From a virus: DNA of 64,000 nucleotides. The stretch is from positions 91,599 to 155,598 of the IMG/VR virus record IMGVR_UViG_3300045391_000822, one strand, 5' to 3'. The first letter of the stretch is position 1. Each line of letters begins with the position of its first letter. A model generated the notes under the pieces. It was not told where the DNA came from, ran no database searches, and was given only the letters and a program-made list of their open reading frames with translations. Position numbers and translations under genes: made by a program. Below are positions 45,491 through 55,263 of this stretch, piece after piece.

Positions 45491-46738
45491 ATGAACGACT
45501 ACATTCAACAGTTTCGACTGGGGTATAGAACACCCCGTTCAGTCTTGCTGCCTCCTTATCTGGCACTCAATGATTACTACGTTGAATTTACCGATGCGAT
45601 CGACAACGTATGGTCGACAATGGTAGATACAAAAATCGATGTGTTGGCTAACCTACGTAACATGTGGGTTACCAATCCGACAGTAGAGCAGAAAATCATT
45701 GATGATGAGATGCTGGATTTTGCTGACTGGTCACACCCAGAACGGCAGATCCTGGTCCAACAGGTTAACCTGTTGGGCATGAAGCTTAAGAGTGCAGGGC
45801 TGCTTACCAATGATAACTACCAAACCATTAGTAGGTTTCTTGGCTTCTACTGGTTTGGTAAGGGGACGCAAGCATTTATTGAGTTCATTAACTTTGCACT
45901 GATTGCTGATCTCGAAGTTCACAACATGTGGTCTACTTTAAATGCAGACCCTTCCAGCACGGTGTCGAATTTTGAGTACAACAATTTAACGCGTGAGAAC
46001 GATGACGGTACGCCGCCAGGTACTCCTATGTGGGAAGGAGGGCCTTGGTTCCCTACTACTCATGTAGAGATCACTGCAAATGGTGGTTTACAAGGCATCG
46101 ATGCAGAAACGTTGGCAGAGTTCTTCTACGAGATAGCTAATTACAATCTGGTGCTTGCATCAATTGAAAGTAGCTATGACCTACCTGTTGTGGACACCAA
46201 CGTCGAAGGTGATACTACAGCAACTGTAGTAGCCGTAGGTTTATATTTCGATCCCAACGTAGTGATTTCAACCATTGGCAGGTATGGAGCTGATGCCCCA
46301 TCATCACAAGCTATCAATGGTATACCTACGACAATGTTCAGGACCGCAGGTACACCATCGCAATCTAACGTGTTACTTACCGAACCACCATCTTGGTTTC
46401 TCGATCCTGATGGCCGTAAGTTTCCAGTTTACGACACAGCTTCAATGGTAGTGCAGACTCAGAATTGGTTACCTACGGATACGATCGGGGTATCAACTAA
46501 TCCAGATCCTGAAGAGCTTAGTGGGTATACCTTGATAGCAGGACCTTTCATGTATGTGACTGTGCCAGGGGCTTCAAGGAGTGACGGGCGTATACCTGCT
46601 TTTGCAGTTGTTCCTACAGCACAAACTAACCCATCAGGCATTATACCTACTACCACTATTGGTGGTCGAACTACACTATTGTCCAATCCTGCAGGATGGA
46701 CACAGTTAGCGGGACTATGGGTCCCCTACTGGAACTAA
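45491..46738 (+). CDS. baseplate wedge protein (gp7/P2 I-like)
   Basis: LLPPYL, FYWFGKGTQAFIEF; follows gp6-like gene. Confidence 0.6.
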   Translation: MNDYIQQFRLGYRTPRSVLLPPYLALNDYYVEFTDAIDNVWSTMVDTKIDVLANLRNMWVTNPTVEQKIIDDEMLDFADWSHPERQILVQQVNLLGMKLKSAGLLTNDNYQTISRFLGFYWFGKGTQAFIEFINFALIADLEVHNMWSTLNADPSSTVSNFEYNNLTRENDDGTPPGTPMWEGGPWFPTTHVEITANGGLQGIDAETLAEFFYEIANYNLVLASIESSYDLPVVDTNVEGDTTATVVAVGLYFDPNVVISTIGRYGADAPSSQAINGIPTTMFRTAGTPSQSNVLLTEPPSWFLDPDGRKFPVYDTASMVVQTQNWLPTDTIGVSTNPDPEELSGYTLIAGPFMYVTVPGASRSDGRIPAFAVVPTAQTNPSGIIPTTTIGGRTTLLSNPAGWTQLAGLWVPYWN

Positions 46739-46747
46739 GGAGTTAAC

Positions 46748-47839
46748 ATGGTTGCTCGTGCACCAATAGTAGATAATAACGGCCATCGTCCTATGGCTGC
46801 GCCTGACGTGGTGGATCCTCAATTCATTTCGTTGAGCACTCAATCAGGTAATCAGGTGAGGGTAATAGGTGGCGGTTTATACGTAGGTAACGTTCCGGCG
46901 CTACCTAATGTTTATGTCGATAGCGTCGCAGGCGTTGATACACCAACAGGCGGTAGTTCAGGTGCACCATTTAAAACCCTAGACTACGCTATAGGCCAGA
47001 TAACGCCTAGCCTGGCGTACACAGGTACGTTGATCCGATTTTTCCTAAAGATTGGCCAGACGTACAATCTGACAGGACGTTATTCCATAGATACTGATGT
47101 GGAATTGGATTTTGGATTCTACGGGGATGTACGTGGAGATTTCACCACGGTCCTTGGAGGTACCGTACCCTTATGGATGTTGTCTAACGTAGCACGACCT
47201 GTTATCCAATCGGTTGCCTTTACGAACACTGCAGGTCTTTGGTCTTGTGGGGGCTTCACTTCCAGTTCAGGACGTGGGGTAATTCGATTCTATGGTGTAC
47301 AAGTCAATGCAGCAATACCGTTGAATCAGACTACGCCTCCGACAATAGATACCTACGGTCAGGCTGATGTAGTGAACACTTCGCGTATGGGCCTCTATGG
47401 TACCATAGGCAACAAGCCTGATATAAGCCCATATGGACTCTTCGGTACATTTGCCCGTACTCAGACTCAGGTAGAGCAATTTGCTACCACGTTCACTGTG
47501 CGTGGTAATGTGATAAACACTCCGCCCAATAGTACGATTACCGCAGCTGACCTGGTAGCTCGGCAACACTTCTTCCATTTCTATCCAGATTTTCCTAGTA
47601 CCTATTTTGCAGCAGGTGCGAATCGTTTAGCACCAAGTGCTTTGACTGGATCGAATGGTAGTGGAGTGATGTCATTGTATTGGTCAGACGTAGCCTCACA
47701 GAGTACGCAGAGCACTACTACGCTGGCTACCTTTCCAGTGCTCTCTGATGTGAACTATGGCTTGACGAATTATTTCTACGGCCTACGTCGAGATCAACAA
47801 AGCCGTCCTCTTAATGTTATTAGTGGCCGACTGTTCTAA
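46748..47839 (+). CDS. baseplate/tail-fibre-associated protein
   Basis: VYVDSVAGVD..GSSGAPFKTLDYAI (DUF1565-like) motif. Confidence 0.55.
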   Translation: MVARAPIVDNNGHRPMAAPDVVDPQFISLSTQSGNQVRVIGGGLYVGNVPALPNVYVDSVAGVDTPTGGSSGAPFKTLDYAIGQITPSLAYTGTLIRFFLKIGQTYNLTGRYSIDTDVELDFGFYGDVRGDFTTVLGGTVPLWMLSNVARPVIQSVAFTNTAGLWSCGGFTSSSGRGVIRFYGVQVNAAIPLNQTTPPTIDTYGQADVVNTSRMGLYGTIGNKPDISPYGLFGTFARTQTQVEQFATTFTVRGNVINTPPNSTITAADLVARQHFFHFYPDFPSTYFAAGANRLAPSALTGSNGSGVMSLYWSDVASQSTQSTTTLATFPVLSDVNYGLTNYFYGLRRDQQSRPLNVISGRLF

Positions 47840-47848
47840 GGAAAAGAA

Positions 47849-49402
47849 ATGGCAACAACCCCTCTCTTGTTGGTCACCAACGCAGGTCTCAATACTGCTA
47901 ACGGTGCCACTCCGCAAGGGCCCTATGTACACATCACTGGATTCCGAATCGGATCAGGTGTTGGGTACGAGCCAACCCGTGATGACACCGGGCTCAACGG
48001 TAATACGTTGTATCGTGGTGTTCCTCTCGCGTACCGAAATATTGGTGACAACACCCTGGATATCATCTGTCAGATTCCGGCTGATGCAGGACCATTCGAG
48101 TTTGGTGAAGTCGGCATCTACAACTCAGCAGATAATGGTGTAACTGAAACATTGTTTGCAAAAGCGGTGTTCGACACCTTACAAACGAAATATAGTTCGT
48201 TAGGTACGAACGTAGCTACGTCGTTCACGTTCCATTGCTTGTTGAAACTCGAGCAATCGGTTGCTATCTTTAAGATAGATACGTTGAATCCGATGGCGAT
48301 CGTTGAAGTAGATAAATGGTCTGACGTACTAATCCCGTCAGTTAGTGCCAATCCTGATGTACCGTTGACGCTAGTTCGTGAACTTGATACCGTAGGATGT
48401 AGCTCTTTGCTACACTACTCGGTACCAGACCAGGAGCGTTGGACCGTAGGAACAAACTATACGTGGTTCAGGAACACTACTGTTTCCAACTCTACGTCGA
48501 ATACGGTGAGTGTTCCATTTGCTAATTTCACAGCTAGTGAAATGTCCGCACAGGACACCAAATACGTGATTGAAATCGCCGGGCGGAATGATCCGTTTCG
48601 AGTGTGCTCATCATTTGTTCAAAGCGGTACGACAGCAGTCTTTACCATACATCCGGATAACTATCAGGATCTGCCACCTGTAGGGTCTGCTGTTCGTGTG
48701 TACGAGAACGTGAACTACAAATCCATAAGCCTACCGTTGGCTACAGCCAGCGTACCAGGTATTGTGCGTGCAGGCAATGGTATTGCAGTGCCCACTCCGG
48801 GCTTATTTGAAGTCTACGGATTGCTTCATGGTGTTCCTGGCTCAGGCCGTATCCTCACCAGCGGTGACAACCTTAACAACGGTGCGTTGACCAGCGGTGA
48901 GTACTCATATGGATCAGGAGGTACTGCGTTCCCTGCGAATACTCCTCCATTGGTTACTACAGGTGGTCGTATCCGTATAAGTAATTTCCAAGGATACATC
49001 GTACAGCAGGTATTCCCTATTCCAGTAACAACGGGTAACGAGGATCCCACAGATCCTAATAACCAAACATGGTGGCGTATCGGCTACAATAGTTTGGTTT
49101 TCACTGCTTGGCGTAGTGCTGTACCTCCAAGCGGTGGTGGCAATCCAGTATTCACGTCACAAGGTACGATCAACAATAGTTCGTTCTCGATGAATACCAC
49201 ACGTATGACCACCATTTCGGTGATGCTGCGTTCAGGCTCTTCGCACGTCTACTGCTATCTGAATGGTACTCAAGTAGCAATAGATGATGGTGAAGGTGGA
49301 GGCAACATCTGCTACACGGCGCCGCCAGGAGTAAATCTTATGGTGCGTCATGACGGCAATTCCTTCAACTGTCCTGTTTACACGCTGGAGTGGAACCCAT
49401 GA
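47849..49402 (+). CDS. tail fibre protein (DUF3751-like baseplate-anchoring N-terminus)
   Basis: LLVTNAGL..F.IGSG..IPADAGPFEFGEVGIY..LFA; ATASVPGIVR repeat. Confidence 0.7.
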   Translation: MATTPLLLVTNAGLNTANGATPQGPYVHITGFRIGSGVGYEPTRDDTGLNGNTLYRGVPLAYRNIGDNTLDIICQIPADAGPFEFGEVGIYNSADNGVTETLFAKAVFDTLQTKYSSLGTNVATSFTFHCLLKLEQSVAIFKIDTLNPMAIVEVDKWSDVLIPSVSANPDVPLTLVRELDTVGCSSLLHYSVPDQERWTVGTNYTWFRNTTVSNSTSNTVSVPFANFTASEMSAQDTKYVIEIAGRNDPFRVCSSFVQSGTTAVFTIHPDNYQDLPPVGSAVRVYENVNYKSISLPLATASVPGIVRAGNGIAVPTPGLFEVYGLLHGVPGSGRILTSGDNLNNGALTSGEYSYGSGGTAFPANTPPLVTTGGRIRISNFQGYIVQQVFPIPVTTGNEDPTDPNNQTWWRIGYNSLVFTAWRSAVPPSGGGNPVFTSQGTINNSSFSMNTTRMTTISVMLRSGSSHVYCYLNGTQVAIDDGEGGGNICYTAPPGVNLMVRHDGNSFNCPVYTLEWNP

Positions 49403-49926
49403 AATACTGGCTCTATGATGATAATCGCTTCTACACTGGAAAGCAGCAGGAAAGCAAGACGCCTGTTAAGAATGGTTCTTGTTTTGAACCTAATCCTGCA
49501 CCGGACGGTCACAACATTGTGTTCGACGGTTATGGATGGATTCATATACCTGATATACAATCGAAGCATTGGACATTGGCAGAGGCTACATCTTTAGCTT
49601 CAGGATTGATCAATGAGCTGAAGTTCAAATCAGGTAGCAGCTATTCTCCTGCAGAACAGGCTACATTCGATTCCCAGTATCAAGAGGCTTTGGCAGTTAA
49701 AGCCGGATCACCTGCGGGCCCATACCTGGTTGCTATTTCTTCGGCCACTGGCGAATCAGTTGATTCCCTAGTAGCTAAGGTCATATCCAAGCGTACCGCA
49801 TTTGCTAAGGCACAGGCAACGTTTGGAGCTCAAGTTCAGGTCCTTCGAAACAAAATCAGTAATGCGAAAACGAGCGCAGATCTACCAACGTATACAGAAA
49901 TCACTCGATTAGCATCCGTGAAATAA
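49399..49926 (+). CDS. tail fibre assembly chaperone
   Basis: YSPAEQATFDSQYQEA..PYL.AI...G.S...LV.KV..K pattern; ATGA overlap with fibre gene. Confidence 0.65.
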   Translation: MKYWLYDDNRFYTGKQQESKTPVKNGSCFEPNPAPDGHNIVFDGYGWIHIPDIQSKHWTLAEATSLASGLINELKFKSGSSYSPAEQATFDSQYQEALAVKAGSPAGPYLVAISSATGESVDSLVAKVISKRTAFAKAQATFGAQVQVLRNKISNAKTSADLPTYTEITRLASVK

Positions 49927-49931
49927 AGGAA

Positions 49932-49964
49932 AAGGCCCTGTAGATTAAATATCTACAGGGCCTT
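49932..49964. terminator. bidirectional intrinsic terminator
   Basis: 14-bp inverted repeat AAGGCCCTGTAGAT-N5-ATCTACAGGGCCTT between convergent blocks; same stem as 5233-5270. Confidence 0.8.
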
Positions 49965-49979
49965 CTTCTTGGACTTACT

Positions 49980-50369
49980 TCACGCCGTAGGTACGGGCGA
50001 AGCGTAGGACAACTGGACACGAATTGTATCGGTAGAAGAATTCGTAATGGTAAAACTAGTAATTGGAAAATCTACAAAGCAAAGTTTCAACACAGTTAGC
50101 GACACTGGACTAGCGGGTGAAGGTTGAACTGCATTGAGCGTGACCTGGCCGCTAGTTTTTATGAAGAGTGCTTCTGCTTGTGGACCAGAAATACTCTCCC
50201 CTGGAAGCAGCTCAGTGTAAGAACTCGACACTGATTTGGCAGAATCGTAATTTGCGCTAAAAAGGCCTATATTTCGGCGTATTTGAGCGGTTGCCGCGCC
50301 TACATCGACACGCATCATCAAGGCATGTCGTGCTGGACTGGCGACTAAAGGATCGCAAGTGGTAGCCAT
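49980..50369 (-). CDS. putative virion protein, paralog of 50612-50962
   Basis: Shared L.PGESI.G....L.I.T...V.L..FTIT pattern. Confidence 0.6.
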   Translation of the reverse strand: MATTCDPLVASPARHALMMRVDVGAATAQIRRNIGLFSANYDSAKSVSSSYTELLPGESISGPQAEALFIKTSGQVTLNAVQPSPASPVSLTVLKLCFVDFPITSFTITNSSTDTIRVQLSYASPVPTA

Positions 50370-50385
50370 TTATATGACCCTCCGG

Positions 50386-50601
50386 TTATCCATTGAGTCG
50401 ACGGATGCGGTTAACATCATCGTATTCGTCGCTACAGGATTTGTTGCAGAACAACTTTGGATGTTCTACGTCTAATCCACAGTTGGGATTATAGCAGGTG
50501 CCAGAATAAGCCACCTTACGGGTAGCTCTGGCTCTTACGGCTTCTACGGCCATATCGTTGAAGCGCTGTTCCAAATCTATGGAGTTATCGATGAAGTCCA
50601 T
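50386..50601 (-). CDS. TraR/DksA-like C4 Zn-finger protein
   Basis: N-terminal MDFIDNS (DxxD-like) helix, CYNPNC...FCNKSC. Confidence 0.6.
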   Translation of the reverse strand: MDFIDNSIDLEQRFNDMAVEAVRARATRKVAYSGTCYNPNCGLDVEHPKLFCNKSCSDEYDDVNRIRRLNG

Positions 50602-50611
50602 TGTAGTTCTC

Positions 50612-50962
50612 TTACGGGTGTAAACCCTGATGAAACAGAGTGATGTTTGCGGCCTCCCCTTTGGAGCCGCTTGTAGACGGACGGGTTATCGTAAACCCGA
50701 GCATTGGTGTATCCAACATAAAGAAAGAAATAACCTCGATAGAAAGTACAGGTAGTGAGGTACGAGTAATTTCTAAGGCTACAGGTGCAGTAGTCCGAAG
50801 AATCAATAGAGGCGTAGCAATACCCTTGATCGATTCTCCAGGACTCAGATTTTCTTCTAGATACGAATACGATTGCATATCATAATCTGTATCAGGCCAA
50901 AGCAATGTAGAGTCTTCGCGTTGGCCTGGATTAGATAAAACGTGCGTCAACACATTGATCAT
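50612..50962 (-). CDS. putative virion protein, paralog of 49980-50369
   Basis: LSPGESIKG..LLILRTTAPVALEI..GFTIT. Confidence 0.6.
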   Translation of the reverse strand: MINVLTHVLSNPGQREDSTLLWPDTDYDMQSYSYLEENLSPGESIKGIATPLLILRTTAPVALEITRTSLPVLSIEVISFFMLDTPMLGFTITRPSTSGSKGEAANITLFHQGLHP

Positions 50963-51315
50963 GTTCGCTCCGCAGGTGGTACTTCACCGTAGGATCGGTA
51001 CACAGCATCTTTGGCTAGATTCAATCGATTACGATCTGCAGAGGAGAGGTTCTTACCAGAGCTGTTCATGTAGAACGAAATGCGAGATATAGCTTGTTTG
51101 CAATCCTCGCATTTCGTTTTCAACGTTTGTGCAATAGAACTAGGGCTTCCTTTGAAAACACCTTCCGGAAGCTCTTCTCCTCCAGCGTATCGATACTTAC
51201 CTTTCCGCTTGTTCTGTTCACGCGCTTGCCAGTGCATGTCCTTGGGTTTAGCAGGTTGGTAAGGTTTACCTATACCTCCCTTTGCTGCCAGGATACGTTC
51301 AGCAATGCTTCTCAT
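50959..51315 (-). CDS. DUF3175-like protein with N-terminal tag
   Basis: LPEGVFKG.PSSIAQTLK..AISRISFYMNSSGKNLS..R.RL..AKD matches DUF3175 pattern; begins MRSIAERILA. Confidence 0.65.
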   Translation of the reverse strand: MRSIAERILAAKGGIGKPYQPAKPKDMHWQAREQNKRKGKYRYAGGEELPEGVFKGSPSSIAQTLKTKCEDCKQAISRISFYMNSSGKNLSSADRNRLNLAKDAVYRSYGEVPPAERT

Positions 51316-52381
51316 TGTTATCTCCTATTGGAGTTTTATCAAGATCTATTAATTCCCGTACCCAGACGCGTTGTGAATCTGAATTGTACTTACGCAAGCC
51401 ACGAATATTGGAATTAAGTTTAGGTAGTACCCGTGCCAGATTCCAAGCCCGTCCTAGTACTTCAACAATATCGCTAACGCTTGTAGGGGTTGCTTGGTAA
51501 CAAGGTGCCGTCCAACGGACTTCTGGACTAACAACCGTTGGTACGCCCAAAGATACCGTGTCAGCCGCAACGATATTAAACGTCTCTGAAAGAGAAACCT
51601 GCATGGCCATATCCATGGTGCCGGCAAGCTTCTTAAATTCATTGTACTCCAACCAACCGTGATTCAACAATTCGTGCTGTGGATATGCAGCAAAAAGTTG
51701 ATTTAAATTCTTAAGAATCGGGTTGCCATTCATCTCCACACGGCCACTGTTGATATGGAAACGGAGACGTTTACCTTTCTCTGTGGCAAACTGCAGAGCC
51801 GCCAAAGCTTGTGTCATATGATTCTTCAGGGGACGAATGGCTCCGAAGCAACCTATGTTCACAAACTCAGACTTGAAATTGATAGTATGTTGGTCGCGAG
51901 TAGGCAACGGATAATAATTAGGCATCAGGAGTACTTTCGACTCAGGTTGGTTTCCCAAACGTGCCATAAGGCGTGTATCAGAGAACATACGAGTTGAGTT
52001 GGTACTGAGCCAGACGTTATCTTTCTTAAGGTATTCCGCGATCCAACCGAATGCCATACCCTCATTTGACAAGAATGGAGTTTCGGAGTGATTACGCACC
52101 ACGAACTTTACCTTAGGTAGAACTTTCTTGAGTTCATCAAACTTACCAGGTACAACCCAGAAGGCTTCTATGATAACAATGTCAGCATTGAACTTAACCG
52201 TTTCACGGTGTATATCATTGTTATCGTTGACGTACACCAGGTCAGTTTCAAAGTCTTTGGATTTCAGCATCTCCATTACGAAACGGGCACTGTTACCTAA
52301 GCCAGAGCTGGTAACAGGTTGTCCGTTGTTGCCGTAGATACCAAGTTTCTTGAGGATGAATAGGATGCGAGGGTATTTCAT
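51299..52381 (-). CDS. GT-B fold glycosyltransferase (GT4-like)
   Basis: IGCFGAIRPLKNH and MQVSLSETFNIVAAD..SLGVPTVVS nucleotide-sugar binding motifs. Confidence 0.8.
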   Translation of the reverse strand: MKYPRILFILKKLGIYGNNGQPVTSSGLGNSARFVMEMLKSKDFETDLVYVNDNNDIHRETVKFNADIVIIEAFWVVPGKFDELKKVLPKVKFVVRNHSETPFLSNEGMAFGWIAEYLKKDNVWLSTNSTRMFSDTRLMARLGNQPESKVLLMPNYYPLPTRDQHTINFKSEFVNIGCFGAIRPLKNHMTQALAALQFATEKGKRLRFHINSGRVEMNGNPILKNLNQLFAAYPQHELLNHGWLEYNEFKKLAGTMDMAMQVSLSETFNIVAADTVSLGVPTVVSPEVRWTAPCYQATPTSVSDIVEVLGRAWNLARVLPKLNSNIRGLRKYNSDSQRVWVRELIDLDKTPIGDNNEKHC

Positions 52382-52504
52382 GATGTGTTCCTAAGTATTC
52401 TCTAGGTGATCTCCCTTATTGTGTCCTGCTCTTATCGGCTAGGTCTTGCACGGGCGTACCGCTTAGGTGCCCCTATGCTGCTATGAGATGTGCAAGTGCT
52501 TGAA

Positions 52505-52741
52505 TTAATCCTTCGCTTTAACTAATTGAAATTCACGAAGTTGTTTGGTTATTGTTCGGGTTTGTCCATAATATATAATTGCAGGGACGCGCAATGGGAT
52601 GGTTGTTACCGTACGGTCTACAATTAATGCCTGCTCCTCAGGAGTAAGATTTAAGCATTGTAGAAGTACGGCATTATCTGTGGTGTCCAGGTAGGCTAAC
52701 AAATCGTTTATGTTGGTACCTATGAAGGTATCGTAGTCCAT
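52505..52741 (-). CDS. hypothetical protein
   Basis: Start ATG 52741 (GAGGA RBS), 78 aa. Confidence 0.55.
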   Translation of the reverse strand: MDYDTFIGTNINDLLAYLDTTDNAVLLQCLNLTPEEQALIVDRTVTTIPLRVPAIIYYGQTRTITKQLREFQLVKAKD

Positions 52742-52743
52742 GA

Positions 52744-53226
52744 CTAATCCTCTACAGTGAACCAAAATGATACCTGCATCGGTGTTGGAGGATCAATAGT
52801 GGATTTCATAACAAGTTCGATTGCATAGGAATCAACTGAAACATTATATGGAATTCCACTAACTAATTCTACTGCGAAGGTGTCCAACACCGCTGGAACG
52901 TATCCGTGTATAACAGCTTCAGTTGAATACGTATCTACTGTCTTTGTTTGAGGAAGTACAGCCAACAACTGTTGGGCTACTGCCTGTATTTCTACCTCCG
53001 GCGGAACAACAAACAAAGCAGATATCACCGCTTCTACGGCCACGTCTTCTACTGTGGTCACAGGCACAAGTAATAATTGTTGAGCCACGGCTAGTGCACT
53101 AGCAACTCGGGGTTTAACAAAAGCCACGTCCTCAACAACTGCTTCAACAGCAACACGACTAACAGCGGTGGCTTGGACAAGCAGTAGTTGTTGGGCTACT
53201 GCCTGGACGCCTGTATCTACTGCCAT
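52744..53226 (-). CDS. repeat-built virion adaptor-like protein (3 repeats)
   Basis: AVAQQLL x3 at ~37-aa spacing; C-terminal PPTPMQVSFWFT; paralog of 56440-57033. Confidence 0.65.
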   Translation of the reverse strand: MAVDTGVQAVAQQLLLVQATAVSRVAVEAVVEDVAFVKPRVASALAVAQQLLLVPVTTVEDVAVEAVISALFVVPPEVEIQAVAQQLLAVLPQTKTVDTYSTEAVIHGYVPAVLDTFAVELVSGIPYNVSVDSYAIELVMKSTIDPPTPMQVSFWFTVED

Positions 53227-53238
53227 AGCGTCCTCCGT

Positions 53239-55251
53239 TTAAACGCGGCTAATGACTATACCGGAATCCGTAGCCGAAGTATTTCCCCAGGGAACAGATC
53301 CAGGAGCTGTGTTGAAGACGGTGATAACCGCAGCCGGAGTCCCTACCGTATTGCTCAGAGTAACATTTGCACCCGTTACAACTGTCCCTCCTACGTCTAC
53401 ACCAACATTAACCTGAGGTGAAGTGCTAAGTAGACGAGCGAAGTGTGCCTCAGTTTGTAGCGCTGCCACACGGCGACCGCTTAATGATCCGTGCAACGTA
53501 CCGGCATAAATGTCCTGCTGTCCTGATGCATCAGATTGCACACTGGTGCCCAGCGTTAAATTTTGGGATAAGGATCCAGCATTGACCGCAGAAGCGTTAG
53601 ACCCGCCTGTTGGATTTCGAACCAATTGTGCCTGAATATCTGAAGATGGTAATTTACCGATAATGCTTACATCACCTAGATCACCTGCATTCGGGGCTGT
53701 GAAATTCGTAACAACAAAATCATCGTGAAAATTGATTCCAGTGTTAGGGAGACCAAAGAATAGATTCTTAGTCCCATCCAGAGTAATAGGACCAGAAAAG
53801 ATTGGTGTATCGTCGACTGTAAGCGTCCAAGTAAACTGGTTGGTCGTGGTCGTAGGAACTAATAGAAACTTTACGTTGAACCAGGTATTCTTTGCGGATA
53901 CAGGTACAGTAGAGTTAGCAGGGCCACTGTTGGTATTGAAATAGTACCAGTTCGTGTTATCCCAGACTAGACCGTAAAACGGATTGCTTGTTGTAGTGAT
54001 CGTTCCGTTAGCCTGTGCCGTACCTACGAATAGCCAATAGGCTCCGTTGTTGTTGCTGCCACTAGAAGCTACAGCGTTTAGCGTATCTACATATCGCATT
54101 ACAACAGACCACGTTACTCCATCGACGCTTGCTTCCATAGTGCCAGTAGATCCTTTTAGAAATACAGCTCCATCATAAGCAATAGAGAATTGGCCTGTTG
54201 CTGTAAGACCAGTACCTCCTACAGTCCATGACAACCCACCATCTGTGGAATAAGCAGTTCGGCCATCGGCAGAATTGCCGATTACGAAACGTGTGGTAGA
54301 TGCACCAATTGAACTCCAGGTTACTCCTGAAATTGGATTGGTACGTAGTGTCCATGTAACTCCTGAATCTGTAGATTGCATGACAATGTTTGCACCGACG
54401 ATCACGATGTTCGTACCGTCGGTGTTCACGTCATACAGGACAGCTGACCCAGCCGGGTTAGTTGGCTGAGTCCAATTGATGCCATCTGTGGAACGCATCA
54501 GGTGTCCTACACCACAGGAAATCCATACGTTAGGCCCGTTGAGCCAACGAACACTGTTGGACGTATTATTAATAGATCCACTAGGTCCACGTGGTGTCCA
54601 ATTTACAGCATCAGTTGAGGTAGCCACGTATTGAGCACTACCTGAAGTAGCTCCGCGGCCTGCAGCTACGTATAGTCCTGAATGGAAATCTACAGATTGG
54701 CAATTGAAGATTCCAAGTGGAGCCGATTGAATAATCGTGTCCGTGCCGTCAAGTCGTATGAAGAGCTGTCCTGAATTGCCATTACCGTCGCAGGCCATGA
54801 ATACGCCTTCGGAATAGTTGAATCGCCATAGGCCAGCAACAGAGCCTGGCGTAGTGGGATTCTCACGAGACACAGCAAACGATGTATCTGTTTGGGCTGT
54901 TACTACAGAGGTACCGAAATAAATTCCACCTCCAGGTTTTGGCGAGAACCCAGTGGCAGGGAATACAGTCTTATATTGTGACCATAAAGACAAGAGGCAG
55001 CCACCTCCTGTCCAAATCTGATTGATAGTACGATTGTCGAATTGAATTACATAAGGGTCGGCTGACGTGGTAGACGACCGTGGTACGGTATTAGCTGCCC
55101 CACAGTCACCTACACGCCCAAGAGCGTGACCTCCATTGCGTCCTTGTGGTTGTGCCAATATCTCAAATGAGGCAAGACGAAGCACACCACGGGCCGAGTA
55201 ATCGTTGCCAGTGAGCGCAGTCTCAAAACCTTCCATGAACTCTACTGTCAT
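53239..55251 (-). CDS. tail appendage protein with BNR/Asp-box beta-propeller
   Basis: MTVEFMEGFET start; repeated STDGxxW; C-terminal domain shared with 57043-60036. Confidence 0.7.
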   Translation of the reverse strand: MTVEFMEGFETALTGNDYSARGVLRLASFEILAQPQGRNGGHALGRVGDCGAANTVPRSSTTSADPYVIQFDNRTINQIWTGGGCLLSLWSQYKTVFPATGFSPKPGGGIYFGTSVVTAQTDTSFAVSRENPTTPGSVAGLWRFNYSEGVFMACDGNGNSGQLFIRLDGTDTIIQSAPLGIFNCQSVDFHSGLYVAAGRGATSGSAQYVATSTDAVNWTPRGPSGSINNTSNSVRWLNGPNVWISCGVGHLMRSTDGINWTQPTNPAGSAVLYDVNTDGTNIVIVGANIVMQSTDSGVTWTLRTNPISGVTWSSIGASTTRFVIGNSADGRTAYSTDGGLSWTVGGTGLTATGQFSIAYDGAVFLKGSTGTMEASVDGVTWSVVMRYVDTLNAVASSGSNNNGAYWLFVGTAQANGTITTTSNPFYGLVWDNTNWYYFNTNSGPANSTVPVSAKNTWFNVKFLLVPTTTTNQFTWTLTVDDTPIFSGPITLDGTKNLFFGLPNTGINFHDDFVVTNFTAPNAGDLGDVSIIGKLPSSDIQAQLVRNPTGGSNASAVNAGSLSQNLTLGTSVQSDASGQQDIYAGTLHGSLSGRRVAALQTEAHFARLLSTSPQVNVGVDVGGTVVTGANVTLSNTVGTPAAVITVFNTAPGSVPWGNTSATDSGIVISRV

Positions 55252-55263
55252 GGTATGCTCCCT

